A DNA stretch of 36,026 nt from an uncultured archaeon (GCA_964631415.1 CAZVZC010000019.1:1-36026); one strand, 5' to 3'. Numbered from the stretch's first letter, positions 9,144 through 18,330 are shown. Notes: a model not told the origin generated them from the sequence alone. Numbers and translations: made by a program.

Positions 9144-9755
9144 ATGAGTGTGCCAGAGGATTACACTATACGGTGTCCGGTCTGCAACGAGGGCAATCTG
9201 TCGGTCCGGTCTGTGCTTTACCCGGTACCATTCTTCAACCAGCTTGTCATGTTCATGATTGCATGCCCAGCATGCCACTTCACGCACAACGACGTATTTG
9301 CCGCAGAGCAGAGAAAGCCAAGCCGCTGGACTCTAAGGGTAGACCGCCCCGAGCTCCTCGACACTCGTGTGGTAAGATCGGGCTCTGGCACGATAAGGCT
9401 GCCCGACTTTGGAATTGACATCGAGCCCGGCCCTACTGCTGAGTCTTTCATAAGCAATGCCCAGGGTGTTCTGTTGCGTACACGCCCTGTCGTGGAGGCT
9501 GCAGTAAAGTTTGCAGACAGGAAGGAAGAGAAGAAGAGAGGTTGGCAGATCCTCTCACTCATCGACAAGGCAATGGAGGGCAGGTTGCCATTCACTCTTG
9601 TGATTGAAGACCCTGCTGGAGTAAGCGGCATACTCCCTGACGACATGACGCTGGTCAGGTATGAGGAACTCACAATCGAGGAGGCATCGATGCTGAAAGG
9701 TGCTCCAGCGTGGCTCGACGAGATAAGATCAGACTATGCCGAGCGTAAGGGCTAA
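9144..9755 (+). CDS. zpr1: ZPR1-type C4 zinc-finger protein
   Basis: CPVC...VPFF...CPACHF, VVRS..GTIRLP, IEPGP..ESFISN..GVL and TLVIEDPAGVS. Confidence 0.9.
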   Translation: MSVPEDYTIRCPVCNEGNLSVRSVLYPVPFFNQLVMFMIACPACHFTHNDVFAAEQRKPSRWTLRVDRPELLDTRVVRSGSGTIRLPDFGIDIEPGPTAESFISNAQGVLLRTRPVVEAAVKFADRKEEKKRGWQILSLIDKAMEGRLPFTLVIEDPAGVSGILPDDMTLVRYEELTIEEASMLKGAPAWLDEIRSDYAERKG

Positions 9756-9815
9756 AAGGTTTCCAAGGTGACCTGAGGAAACCGTAGGCCTCGCGAGTGT
9801 GGCCTAGCATAAGAT

Positions 9816-9888
9816 GGGCCGATAGATCAGCGGTTAGATCGCCTGATTTGCATTCAGGAGGTCGCGAGTTCGAATCTCGCTCGGTCCA
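9816..9888 (+). tRNA. tRNA-Ala(UGC), intronless, CCA not encoded
   Basis: Cloverleaf: acceptor GGGCCGA/TCGGTCC with G3:U70; D arm GATC/GATC; anticodon stem CCTGA/TCAGG with loop TT-TGC-AT; T arm GCGAG-TTCGAAT-CTCGC; discriminator A. Confidence 0.97.
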
Positions 9889-10168
9889 TTCCCCACACAG
9901 CGCCATTCAGCCGTGTTGAACTCTGGCATCAATCTGTTTCTGGTCTGAGCTTCACGTACAACTCAGTGCGTCAGACACTCTCAACCATGTTACCGCTATC
10001 TGCACCCCCTTTCAACTGGCGGTCGACAGGCTCTGAGCCAATAGAGGATATCCTTAAAGGGAGCAATTCTCGGCGGGGCCGTCATAATCGCACAGGTGAC
10101 TTTGCAAGTCCGGTCCGTTCTGATTCGAACTTGCATTCATGCATAGCCTATGTGTGGTGAAGCTAAAC

Positions 10169-12508
10169 ATGCAAGGGTTATTCGATACTTTCCTCAATCA
10201 CTTTGCCCTACACGAGCAGATCATGGTCTTCCTTGTGATCGGAGCTGCTATCGTGAGCCTCATCTACGCCTCATGGCTCTGGTCAGGCGTAAAGGCTAAG
10301 GACAAAGGCACAGAACAGATGGTGGCCGTCTGGAGTGCAGTTCGAGAGGGCGCATTGGCCTATCTCAACCGTCAACTCAGAACCGTCGTCCCGATTCTGG
10401 CTTTACTCACGTTTCTGCTCTTTGGAAGCGTCTACATTGTAGCGCCCACGCAGGGAGCCGTAGAAGTCTTCGGGACAGAGGAGAACGCCAGAATCTGGGT
10501 CGCAATCGGCCGGACAGTGGCATTTGTCATGGGTGGAAGCTTTTCACTCATTGTGGGGCAACTTGGAATGCGTGTCGCCGTCAACTCCAACGTGAGAGTT
10601 GCGCAGGCAACACGGGCTGCAGGCGAGCGTGGCGAACGCTACAACCACGCACTCGAGATTGCCTACCATGGTGGAACGTTCACAGGCATGCTCACCGATG
10701 GTCTCGGTCTCATGGGCGGGACCACGATTTTCATATTCTTCGGTGCCGCTGCACCGGATGCTCTGCTGGGATTCGGTCTCGGAGGGACTCTGCTCGCTCT
10801 ATTCATGAGAGTTGGAGGTGGGATCTACACGAAGGCCGCAGATGTGGGTGCAGACCTCGTGGGCAAGGTCGAACACGATTTGCCCGAAGATGATCCCAGA
10901 AACGCGGCGGTCATTGCTGACCTAGTGGGAGACAATGTTGGTGACTGCGCAGGGATGGCTGCAGACATATTCGAGTCCTATGAGGTGACCATAGTTTCAG
11001 CCCTGATTATCGGTATCGCCCTCTATCTTGACCCACTCCGTACTCATCTTCTGATTTGGATTGTGTTCCCGTTGGTTGTGCGTGGCATTGGTGTCATCTC
11101 ATCGATGCTAGGTACCTACGCTGTTGCTCTGTGGGGTAAGTTCCTGCACAGGGAAGTGGGAGCAGAACACGCAATGTTCATGTCGTATGAGCTGTCGAGT
11201 GCATTCACCATATGTGTTTCGCTCGTGCTCTCATACTTCTATATGGGTGACATCCGATTCGGGCTTCTGATAGGAATCGGTGTAATGCTCGCGGTTTCGT
11301 TCAATCCAATCACGAGCTACTTCACCTCGACTGAGAAGCCTCCAGTGAAGGAGATTGTAAAGTCAACAGACACCGGCACTGCCACCTTGATACTATCTGG
11401 TCTTGCGTCTGGTTATGAATCAACAGTGGCGGCCTTGTTGGCCATCGTGACAAGCTTTGTGTTGGCGTGGCTCCTGTTCATGGGTGACAATATGATGGTG
11501 CTCTATGCCATCGCCCTTGTCGGTATTGGAATGCTTACCCACACTGGCAACAACGTGGCCATGGACTCATATGGTCCTATCAGCGACAACGCAGGCGGCA
11601 TCGCCGAACTCTCCGCGAGTGACTTCGACGATACTTCCCAACAGGTCCTAGCTGACCTAGACGCAGTCGGCAACACAACGAAGGCAATCACGAAGGGTGT
11701 GGCAATCGCATCTGCAGTGATAGCAGCAGTGAGCCTATTCGACAGCTTCATCGTTTCCGTGAACGAAAGGCTGATTGCGTTGGGACAAGCGACCATTCAG
11801 CTTCTACTGTCTGATCCAATAATCTTCTCTGGACTTCTGATCGGCGCAGCAATCCCATGGATGTTCTCAGCGCTGAACATCAAGGCTGTGGCCCGTGCTG
11901 CCGGCCAGATGGTCAAGGAGGTTCGCAGACAATTCCGGATACCCGGTGTGCTAGAGGGCACTGTAAAGCCTGACTACGACAAAGCAGTTGGAATCTCAAC
12001 AGCAGCCGCTCAGAAAGAGCTGATCAGCCTCGCCGTGATGGCGATTTCCGCCCCCTTGCTGGTCGGCGTTCTACTGAACATCCAAGCGTTGGGTGGTTTC
12101 CTAGCCGGCATCATCGTTTCTGGCCAGCTGCTGGCCGTGTTCATGGCCAATACTGGTGCGGCATGGGATAACGCAAAGAAGTCCATCGAGGATGAGCCGC
12201 GTGACTTGAAGGCGAATACTGGAAAGGGCTCAGAGCGCCACAAGTCGAGCGTTGCGGGCGACACCGTGGGAGATCCCCTCAAGGACACTGCCGGACCTGC
12301 ACTCAACCCGATGATCAAGGTGATCAACCTGATCTCCCTGATTGTCGCTCCTATACTCGTGACCTACAAGTTCGGGTCCGACATGATGCTGAACTTCGTG
12401 CTCGGAGGCGTGGCCCTACTTCTGCTCGCGGTTGTCATCTGGGCCGTCCGCAAGAGCACTAAGCCTTCGGATTTCGGAACGGGGCAGATTGCTGCAGTCG
12501 AACAGTAA
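10169..12508 (+). CDS. hppA: Membrane-bound ion-translocating pyrophosphatase, K+-independent type
   Basis: GGIYTKAADVGADLVGKVE, DNVGDCAG, GNTTKAITKG and GDTVGDPLKDTAGP. ATG 10169 is preceded by a GGTGA RBS. Confidence 0.95.
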   Translation: MQGLFDTFLNHFALHEQIMVFLVIGAAIVSLIYASWLWSGVKAKDKGTEQMVAVWSAVREGALAYLNRQLRTVVPILALLTFLLFGSVYIVAPTQGAVEVFGTEENARIWVAIGRTVAFVMGGSFSLIVGQLGMRVAVNSNVRVAQATRAAGERGERYNHALEIAYHGGTFTGMLTDGLGLMGGTTIFIFFGAAAPDALLGFGLGGTLLALFMRVGGGIYTKAADVGADLVGKVEHDLPEDDPRNAAVIADLVGDNVGDCAGMAADIFESYEVTIVSALIIGIALYLDPLRTHLLIWIVFPLVVRGIGVISSMLGTYAVALWGKFLHREVGAEHAMFMSYELSSAFTICVSLVLSYFYMGDIRFGLLIGIGVMLAVSFNPITSYFTSTEKPPVKEIVKSTDTGTATLILSGLASGYESTVAALLAIVTSFVLAWLLFMGDNMMVLYAIALVGIGMLTHTGNNVAMDSYGPISDNAGGIAELSASDFDDTSQQVLADLDAVGNTTKAITKGVAIASAVIAAVSLFDSFIVSVNERLIALGQATIQLLLSDPIIFSGLLIGAAIPWMFSALNIKAVARAAGQMVKEVRRQFRIPGVLEGTVKPDYDKAVGISTAAAQKELISLAVMAISAPLLVGVLLNIQALGGFLAGIIVSGQLLAVFMANTGAAWDNAKKSIEDEPRDLKANTGKGSERHKSSVAGDTVGDPLKDTAGPALNPMIKVINLISLIVAPILVTYKFGSDMMLNFVLGGVALLLLAVVIWAVRKSTKPSDFGTGQIAAVEQ

Positions 12509-12541
12509 GTGTACTCAAGTCGAAGGTGGCGACTACTGCTA

Positions 12542-12566
12542 CCTTCCTCTCTTCTTTTTCTTTTTC
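12542..12566 (+). terminator. Archaeal pyrimidine/T-rich terminator after hppA
   Basis: CCTTCCTCTCTTCTTTTTCTTTTTC beginning about 35 nt after the stop. Confidence 0.55.
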
Positions 12567-12660
12567 CCACTGTGTTCTCTCAGTGGCATTTAGATTGTTC
12601 AGAAACCACTTCCAGCCGGGCAACGGACATATATCCAGCTTAGTCCTAATCATAGTGAAC

Positions 12661-12740
12661 GGTCCGGCTCCGGAAAACGAGAAAGTAGTTGGTATTCGCG
12701 TGGTTAGGAGGGGAGATATGAAAAGTCCAGAGCCGGACCT
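12661..12740 (-). ncRNA. Candidate small hairpin RNA
   Basis: 14-bp terminal stem GGUCCGGCUCUGGA/UCCGGAGCCGGACC (U-G wobble only on the minus strand) closing a pyrimidine-rich loop. TTAATATA lies at 12770-12763, about 30 nt upstream of the stem start. Confidence 0.4.
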
Positions 12741-12866
12741 TGGACGTGCACGCTGTCTATTGTATATTAAGTCTTGAGTTTGAGGAAAGAGATACATATT
12801 GCTGCGCAGGTGCGCTGTTATCAAGCAAGTCAACTGAATAGCCGGGCCCGCGCCCCTTTCAGGCGA

Positions 12867-13253
12867 CTAATAGCCCCACTCTTGACCCAGTCTTTGCCTG
12901 TACCAGCGTTGTCCGCGTTTCGTCAGTCGATATGCTCCCTCGAACTCCTCAATCAAGCCCATTCCCACCATGCTTTGGATCGCTCCAAAGAGCTTGTCCT
13001 CGGATGATGAAGTCGCTTCAAGGAGCTTTGGAAAGGTCATCTTGCCTTCCCGCTTCAAGTGTTGAGCGATATCGAACTTGCCTACAGCTCGGGTTTCGCT
13101 GCGGCTGATTATTTGGCCGCAGTTCGTACAGAGCAGGTCTCCCTTGAGGTCATCACGCGCGACCTCATTGCTGCCACAGACTGGGCAGGTCGAATGTGCG
13201 AATCTGAGACTGCGTCTAGCTGACATCTTAAACCCAGACTTCGGGCGCGCCAA
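12867..13253 (-). CDS. TFIIB-type zinc ribbon plus winged-helix protein
   Basis: CPVCGS...GDLLCTNCGQII, then wHTH-like 'MTFPKLLEAT...GMGLIEEFEGAYRLTKRG'. Confidence 0.75.
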   Translation of the reverse strand: MARPKSGFKMSARRSLRFAHSTCPVCGSNEVARDDLKGDLLCTNCGQIISRSETRAVGKFDIAQHLKREGKMTFPKLLEATSSSEDKLFGAIQSMVGMGLIEEFEGAYRLTKRGQRWYRQRLGQEWGY

Positions 13254-13283
13254 TCATTGATAAAACTAGCGAAGTGGGACTGA

Positions 13284-13823
13284 TTACTCGCCTGCTGTCT
13301 GGTCCGGCTCTTGTGATAAACGTTCGAAGAAACCCTCATAGTCGAGTTCGAAGGCCACACGCAACCCGGGTCTAACCCTCTTCTTGTTCCCATCAAGTTC
13401 AACGTAACGCTGCCTCGCCAATTCCCTAAGATCCTCTTGTACACTCCTTGTGGTCTTCTTTCGAAACTCCTTGACGCGGCTTAGAGGCACCCAACCTCCC
13501 TCTTGGTAGGCGAGGGTCATTACTACAAGCAGCGTGGCGGCAAGCCTGTCTGGAAGCTTGGACTCCCCTTCCTCAGGAAACCCTGTTCCTTTGGTGTCTA
13601 GGTAGAACACATGGCCAATTGGGTTGTGGCGGATTGTCATGCCCAAGGGTTGGAGGATCTCATCTAGCTCGGAGAGCCGCTTGAACAACACACCCCGTCC
13701 GATGTCTTCGGGCAGTCCGAGTGCGTCCAGCATGTCTTCCACACCTGCGCCAATCGGGTCACCCGACCTTGTGATGAGCCTCATGAGAACCGAGTACTCA
13801 TTCATTGTTACGCCGCCCAGCAT
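13284..13823 (-). CDS. KITE-family tandem winged-helix protein (ScpB/Nse1/Nse3-like)
   Basis: Two WH-like domains ('LSELDEILQPLGMTI...FYL'; 'LAATLLVV...VQEDLRELARQRYV'); lies downstream of SMC and kleisin. Alternative start at 13805. Confidence 0.65.
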   Translation of the reverse strand: MLGGVTMNEYSVLMRLITRSGDPIGAGVEDMLDALGLPEDIGRGVLFKRLSELDEILQPLGMTIRHNPIGHVFYLDTKGTGFPEEGESKLPDRLAATLLVVMTLAYQEGGWVPLSRVKEFRKKTTRSVQEDLRELARQRYVELDGNKKRVRPGLRVAFELDYEGFFERLSQEPDQTAGE

Positions 13824-13853
13824 GTGTCATACTGACCGAGCGCCATTATCGGT

Positions 13854-13860
13854 GTATAAA
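13854..13860 (-). promoter_or_regulatory. Putative TATA box of the KITE / Zn-ribbon unit
   Basis: TTTATAC on the minus strand, about 30 nt upstream of ATG 13823. Confidence 0.45.
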
Positions 13861-14309
13861 CTCTCTCGAAGGAATCCATCCTCAGCGCGGTTCACAAGAC
13901 GGTAACATCGTGTGACTCTGTCAAGTGACCCCCGAATGTGGCTTCGCGTTATATACTAAGCATGACCAATGTGAATTGTGGAATAATATGGCACACGAAA
14001 GCGACTCCCGAATGACAACTGTTGTGAAGAAGAGCAGAACTGTGAAGGTTCCTACCACTGAAGCAGTGGCCTATGCCTTCATGACTGTAGTGAGGTGAAT
14101 ACGGTGATTGCCCCAAAGATGAAGGTCGGAATTCGAAGACAGAGACGACCCGGACTCTTGGCCTTAGCTCCAGCGATTCCTTTTGCCTGCCTCTCAACGT
14201 GTCTGACTGAGATTGGGCCGTGTGAGGCGGGTCCTTGGGCTTCGATAAGGCGCTGACGGATATGTTCAGGTTGGATGTCCCTACCTCGACCCACAGGCTC
14301 CGATGGGCA

Positions 14310-14945
14310 TCACACGCGAATGAGCACTCTGTTCAGAGGGTCATATGACACGATGCCCCTAGAGATCAGCATCACTACAAACAAGAAGCGTTTCAAGAAC
14401 TGATCGAAGTCTTTGGTCGCCAAGAGGTCATCGATTCTGGTTTCTCGCTCCTTGGGCAGGGTGTGAGCGAATCTGTCCAGATCCTCGAGGAAGACTGAGT
14501 CTTCGGTGGCAAACGCAAAGCCTTCTGGGACGCCTGCAGAGCTTGGGGGAGGCGCTACAGGTTTCTGTCTTGAGTGAAGGTCGATTCCTCTCAAGATTCT
14601 GTCTAGCGAACGATTGAGTCCGGCCGGTTGTATGCTTGCCATGATCACCGGCTGCCTGTACCGTATCAGCCGTGCAAGTCGCATTGGCCCTATCGACTTC
14701 AGCCTGCTCACATAGAGCTCGGGAGCTGCCAAGATGCGCGCTAATTCCTGAACCCGTGTCACCTTGGTGCCGAGGATGTCATTCAGCATCTCGTCGATGT
14801 CCAGTCTACTGTCAATACGTGCCGCCAGCTGCTGCAGTTCTTTGTAAGCTTGAGTCAAGTGCAGCTCAAGGGGGTCCAGTTCGCCGCATCTGATATCATC
14901 GGCCATCTTGATCACACGTTGATTCAGTTCGCGAAGCTGGCTCAT
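14310..14945 (-). CDS. Kleisin-like protein (ScpA/Nse4-like)
   Basis: N-terminal helical 'GELDPLELHL' (compare ScpA DPW.ID), a Pro-rich linker, and a C-terminal WH 'FLKRFLFVVMLISRGIV'. Starts 16 bp after the SMC stop. Confidence 0.7.
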   Translation of the reverse strand: MSQLRELNQRVIKMADDIRCGELDPLELHLTQAYKELQQLAARIDSRLDIDEMLNDILGTKVTRVQELARILAAPELYVSRLKSIGPMRLARLIRYRQPVIMASIQPAGLNRSLDRILRGIDLHSRQKPVAPPPSSAGVPEGFAFATEDSVFLEDLDRFAHTLPKERETRIDDLLATKDFDQFLKRFLFVVMLISRGIVSYDPLNRVLIRV

Positions 14946-14961
14946 TCTGACAATCCCTCTC

Positions 14962-17900
14962 TCATTGCCCCGAAAAGCTTGGGCTTTCTATGATCACTGA
15001 AGGTTCGACTCCGCCCGGAGAGACGACGCCTATCCTTCTGTCTGCATGTCTGAGTAGGTGAGTGCTCTTGGCAGGAGTGAAGAGGATGAACTGGCTCCTT
15101 CGTGATGAATCGTATAGGAGCCTGCTCACAAGCTCAGTGTTTGTTGCATCAAGGAACGTGTCAATCTCGTCAAGCGCATAGACAGGACCAGGGTTGAACC
15201 GTTGGAGAGCAAGAATCAGTCCTATAGCTATCAGAGACCTCTCCCCTCCGGATCCGGCGCTGAGCTTGTCATAGCTCTCTCCTCGGATTCTGGATCTGAA
15301 ATCGACACCATACTCGCCGTCAATCAGTGACAGCTCGAAACGCACTTTTCCAGTGAACTGTACGCCACTCAGGACACCCTCAGTTTCTTTCTCAAGTTTT
15401 GAGAGAGCTTCCTTCATGCCTGTCAGATACTGCCCTCTGATACTCTTGACAGTAGACTCTGCTTCATCCAGCTCTTCTCTTAGATCGATCACCCGGCTCG
15501 AAAGCTCTGCCAGCCGTTCCTTAAGCTTCGACTCGGTGTGAGCGACGCTCTCTGACACATCCTGATACTCGTCCAGCAGATGACGAATGCGTATGAGTTC
15601 CGCCCTTGCGTCATCAAGAGGTCTCACTCTTTCGGGTCTTGCTTGCTCACGAGTTGCCTCACTTACTTGTTGGTGTTCATGCTCCATGTTGTCCAACTGT
15701 CTCTTTGCCTGGATGACCTGCAGTCTGCCGTTCTTGATTGTCAGGTTCAGTTCAGTGAGCTTCTCGCTCATGGACCGCATTGAGTTTCTAATCTCATTGA
15801 GTCTCTCCTTGAGAGCGGTCTGTGTCTTAGCCATCTGGTCCCGGCTGGGCCTCAGTTCGTCTACGGCAGCGAGAATGGTCGCGCCCTCACTCTTTGACTG
15901 CTTCAGGTCTTCCCGCACCTCTTCGAGCCGCTCTGACAACATGATGACGCTCTCATCCAGTTGCCGGAGTTCCTGCCTCTTGAGCTCCTCCTCCTTCTCG
16001 ATGCCGTGAAGGCTTGACTCCGCCTTCGAAACATCTCCCTGCAGACGTTTCGTCTTGATCTTCACAGCCGACAGCTGACCTGCCAGCCTGCTTCTTTCCG
16101 CCGGCTGTGTGCTGTCAAGTTTGCGCAGCTTCGTCTGAGCAATTCCTAGGCTTCGCTGCAGTTCCTTGAGCTGGTCATCCGTTTCTGCAACTCTCTCCTC
16201 AATCTGGGGTATGCTCTCTGAGAGTACTCTCTTTCTCTCCCATGTTCCGCTCGACCGTGTGACTTGGCTGAGCAAGTCCATCACCTGCTCTTTCTCCTTC
16301 TCAGCCTTCTCTATCTTGGTCATCAAGTCTGTGAGTCGTTTCCGAACGAGCGTCAGTTCCTTGTCTGCCTTTTCCAATCGAGTCTGAAGCGGTGCCGTGG
16401 AGATGATACCGGTTGGTTCACACTTGGGGTAACTAATCGTTACAGTCTGCTGAAACCGCGTGAGATAGCCGTCCATCGAGACAGCTGCCAGTCCTGTCTT
16501 TATCACCACGAGGGACGCCACCCTGCCGCTAGCCACGAGCACGACGTCCCCGAAGGCACGGCGCAGGAGTTCCCTTGCTGCTGGATCAGGCGCGACTCTG
16601 TCCCACAACCAGCCTTCTACTCCCTCTAGGTCCGGAAGCTCGTGTGGAGGCAGGGTGTCATCTTGTCCGACAAGGACTATCGGCGAAGGTGCAAGTGCTT
16701 TGTTCCTCAGCCTTACAAGTAGCGTGTAATCCGGATCGTCGGATGCAATGAATGCGAACGCCATGTTACCAGGGAGGACTGCTTCAATGGCGAGTGACAT
16801 GTCCGCTTCACCGGCTAATGATTCGAGAAGCGGTCCCACGACGGTCTTCATGCCATGTTCTGACACTGCATGCTTCAGTTCGATGACAGTCTGTGGGACT
16901 CGTTTCGAGGTTTCAGATATGCTGATTCTGATCTCCTCGGTTTCCTTCTGCAACTGCGCGGCAAGGCTTGTTTCTCTTACACGGGTTTCGTTCAGTGCTG
17001 TCAGTTCATTCTCCAGCTGGGACTTTCTCCTTGTCAGTTCCTTCTCGTCTGCCTTCTCCAAGACTGCCCAGACGTGTCCCCACTTGGTTTCAATGGTCTG
17101 AAGTTCTGCCTCTTCGACCTGAAGCCGTTCCTTGAGGCTCCTAAGCAGAACGTCCTTTCCTTGCGCCTCGGCCTGAAGGGCCCTGTAATCTCCGAAGGCC
17201 TCGGCTCTTTGAGCGTTCCAATCGGAAAAGGCTGCTAGCTGGTCCTCTATAGTGACTCGTTCTTTCTCAGTTTCATCAATCTCGTGTCTGAGAGTCCTGA
17301 GTTCCTCCATGGACTGCTCCTTGGCCTTTGACGCATGAGCAATATCCTCAGTCAACCTGTCCTTCTTGCGTTTCTCGGTGCTCACATGTTGTTCGAGCTG
17401 TCTGACCTCAGCCGCCTTCTTCTTAGTGTCATCTTCAAGCCTGAGCAGTCTGCGTTCCTCGTCGTCAATCCTTGCCTCGACGGCTCCAATCTCTCGCTGG
17501 ACATTTCCGAGTTGGCCCTCAGCTTCTGCACGCTGGTGCTCCGATTGCGCCATGCCTGCTTCCAAGGCTCTCGACTTGTCAAGGACCTGTCCTATTCCTG
17601 ACTCCATGCTCTCGATCTCGAGCTTGGTCTTTTCCATTCGAGTTACCAAGTCGTCGATAACTGCCCACTTGACCTCTAGGTCCAGTTCTCTCTCTGTCTT
17701 CTGCAGGCCCCTCTTCTTTTCAAGTCTGACGAGGTCATGCTGCAGCAGCCCGATCTCCCCCTCGACTGCTCGCGATTCTGCGATGGCCGACTCTAGGTTT
17801 CCTCGTATGTGGTGCACTTGGGTTTCTTGAAGCAGGATTCTATCCCTTGCGACATAGAGGCCAGTCCCTTCCTCTACGAGCTTTCTGACCTCAATGGGAT

Positions 17901-18330
17901 CCATCTCCCGCAACGAGTTGATCCGCTCCTGGGGCATGAACACGAGTGGATTGTCTGGTTCCAAGCCAAATGACTCAATCAGCGTCCTCAGCTCGGCCGC
18001 TTTCACATGCTTCCCATCAACGTAAGATCGGGGCACACCATCTCGATCTATTCTCCTGACCAGCTTGCGGTCCTGCCCGTCAGCACTCAGTATCAATTCG
18101 ACTTCTGCTGAGCTGGCTCCATGTCTGACGAAGTCACTCCATTTGGTATACCTGTTTTCTCGCTGGTTCGAACCGAGAGCAAACTTCATGGCATGAAATA
18201 TCGAGGTCTTGCCAGAGCCGTTTGGCCCGACGATAACAGTGAGCCCAGGGTCAAAGGCCACGGTCCCATCATAAAAGCTGAGGAAGTCCTTCAGCCGGAC
18301 CGATGCGATGCGAACCTGAGTCCCCGTCAT
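14962..18330 (-). CDS. smc: SMC ATPase, SMC5/6 / coalescin-related type
   Basis: Walker A GPNGSGKT, Q-loop FMPQE, two long coiled coils flanking a central hinge, signature GSGGERS, Walker B YALDEID, and QFILFTP. Confidence 0.9.
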   Translation of the reverse strand: MTGTQVRIASVRLKDFLSFYDGTVAFDPGLTVIVGPNGSGKTSIFHAMKFALGSNQRENRYTKWSDFVRHGASSAEVELILSADGQDRKLVRRIDRDGVPRSYVDGKHVKAAELRTLIESFGLEPDNPLVFMPQERINSLREMDPIEVRKLVEEGTGLYVARDRILLQETQVHHIRGNLESAIAESRAVEGEIGLLQHDLVRLEKKRGLQKTERELDLEVKWAVIDDLVTRMEKTKLEIESMESGIGQVLDKSRALEAGMAQSEHQRAEAEGQLGNVQREIGAVEARIDDEERRLLRLEDDTKKKAAEVRQLEQHVSTEKRKKDRLTEDIAHASKAKEQSMEELRTLRHEIDETEKERVTIEDQLAAFSDWNAQRAEAFGDYRALQAEAQGKDVLLRSLKERLQVEEAELQTIETKWGHVWAVLEKADEKELTRRKSQLENELTALNETRVRETSLAAQLQKETEEIRISISETSKRVPQTVIELKHAVSEHGMKTVVGPLLESLAGEADMSLAIEAVLPGNMAFAFIASDDPDYTLLVRLRNKALAPSPIVLVGQDDTLPPHELPDLEGVEGWLWDRVAPDPAARELLRRAFGDVVLVASGRVASLVVIKTGLAAVSMDGYLTRFQQTVTISYPKCEPTGIISTAPLQTRLEKADKELTLVRKRLTDLMTKIEKAEKEKEQVMDLLSQVTRSSGTWERKRVLSESIPQIEERVAETDDQLKELQRSLGIAQTKLRKLDSTQPAERSRLAGQLSAVKIKTKRLQGDVSKAESSLHGIEKEEELKRQELRQLDESVIMLSERLEEVREDLKQSKSEGATILAAVDELRPSRDQMAKTQTALKERLNEIRNSMRSMSEKLTELNLTIKNGRLQVIQAKRQLDNMEHEHQQVSEATREQARPERVRPLDDARAELIRIRHLLDEYQDVSESVAHTESKLKERLAELSSRVIDLREELDEAESTVKSIRGQYLTGMKEALSKLEKETEGVLSGVQFTGKVRFELSLIDGEYGVDFRSRIRGESYDKLSAGSGGERSLIAIGLILALQRFNPGPVYALDEIDTFLDATNTELVSRLLYDSSRRSQFILFTPAKSTHLLRHADRRIGVVSPGGVEPSVIIESPSFSGQ

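Noticed and set aside
12459-12833. 124-aa and 83-aa ORFs in the hppA downstream gap
   Set aside because: No recognisable motifs; they overlap the terminator and hairpin features.
12567-14069. Repeated CCACTG...CAGTGG inverted repeat at 12567-12586 and 14055-14069
   Set aside because: The arms are only 6 bp with different spacers, which is compatible with chance.
13988-14166. Selenoprotein by read-through of three in-frame TGA codons after the 36-aa ORF
   Set aside because: No redox-motif context and no recognisable SECIS; most likely chance.
13284-18330. Wadjet (JetABCD) defence system
   Set aside because: No JetD/Toprim nuclease is present, the kleisin is short and ScpA-sized, and the gene order differs from jetABC.
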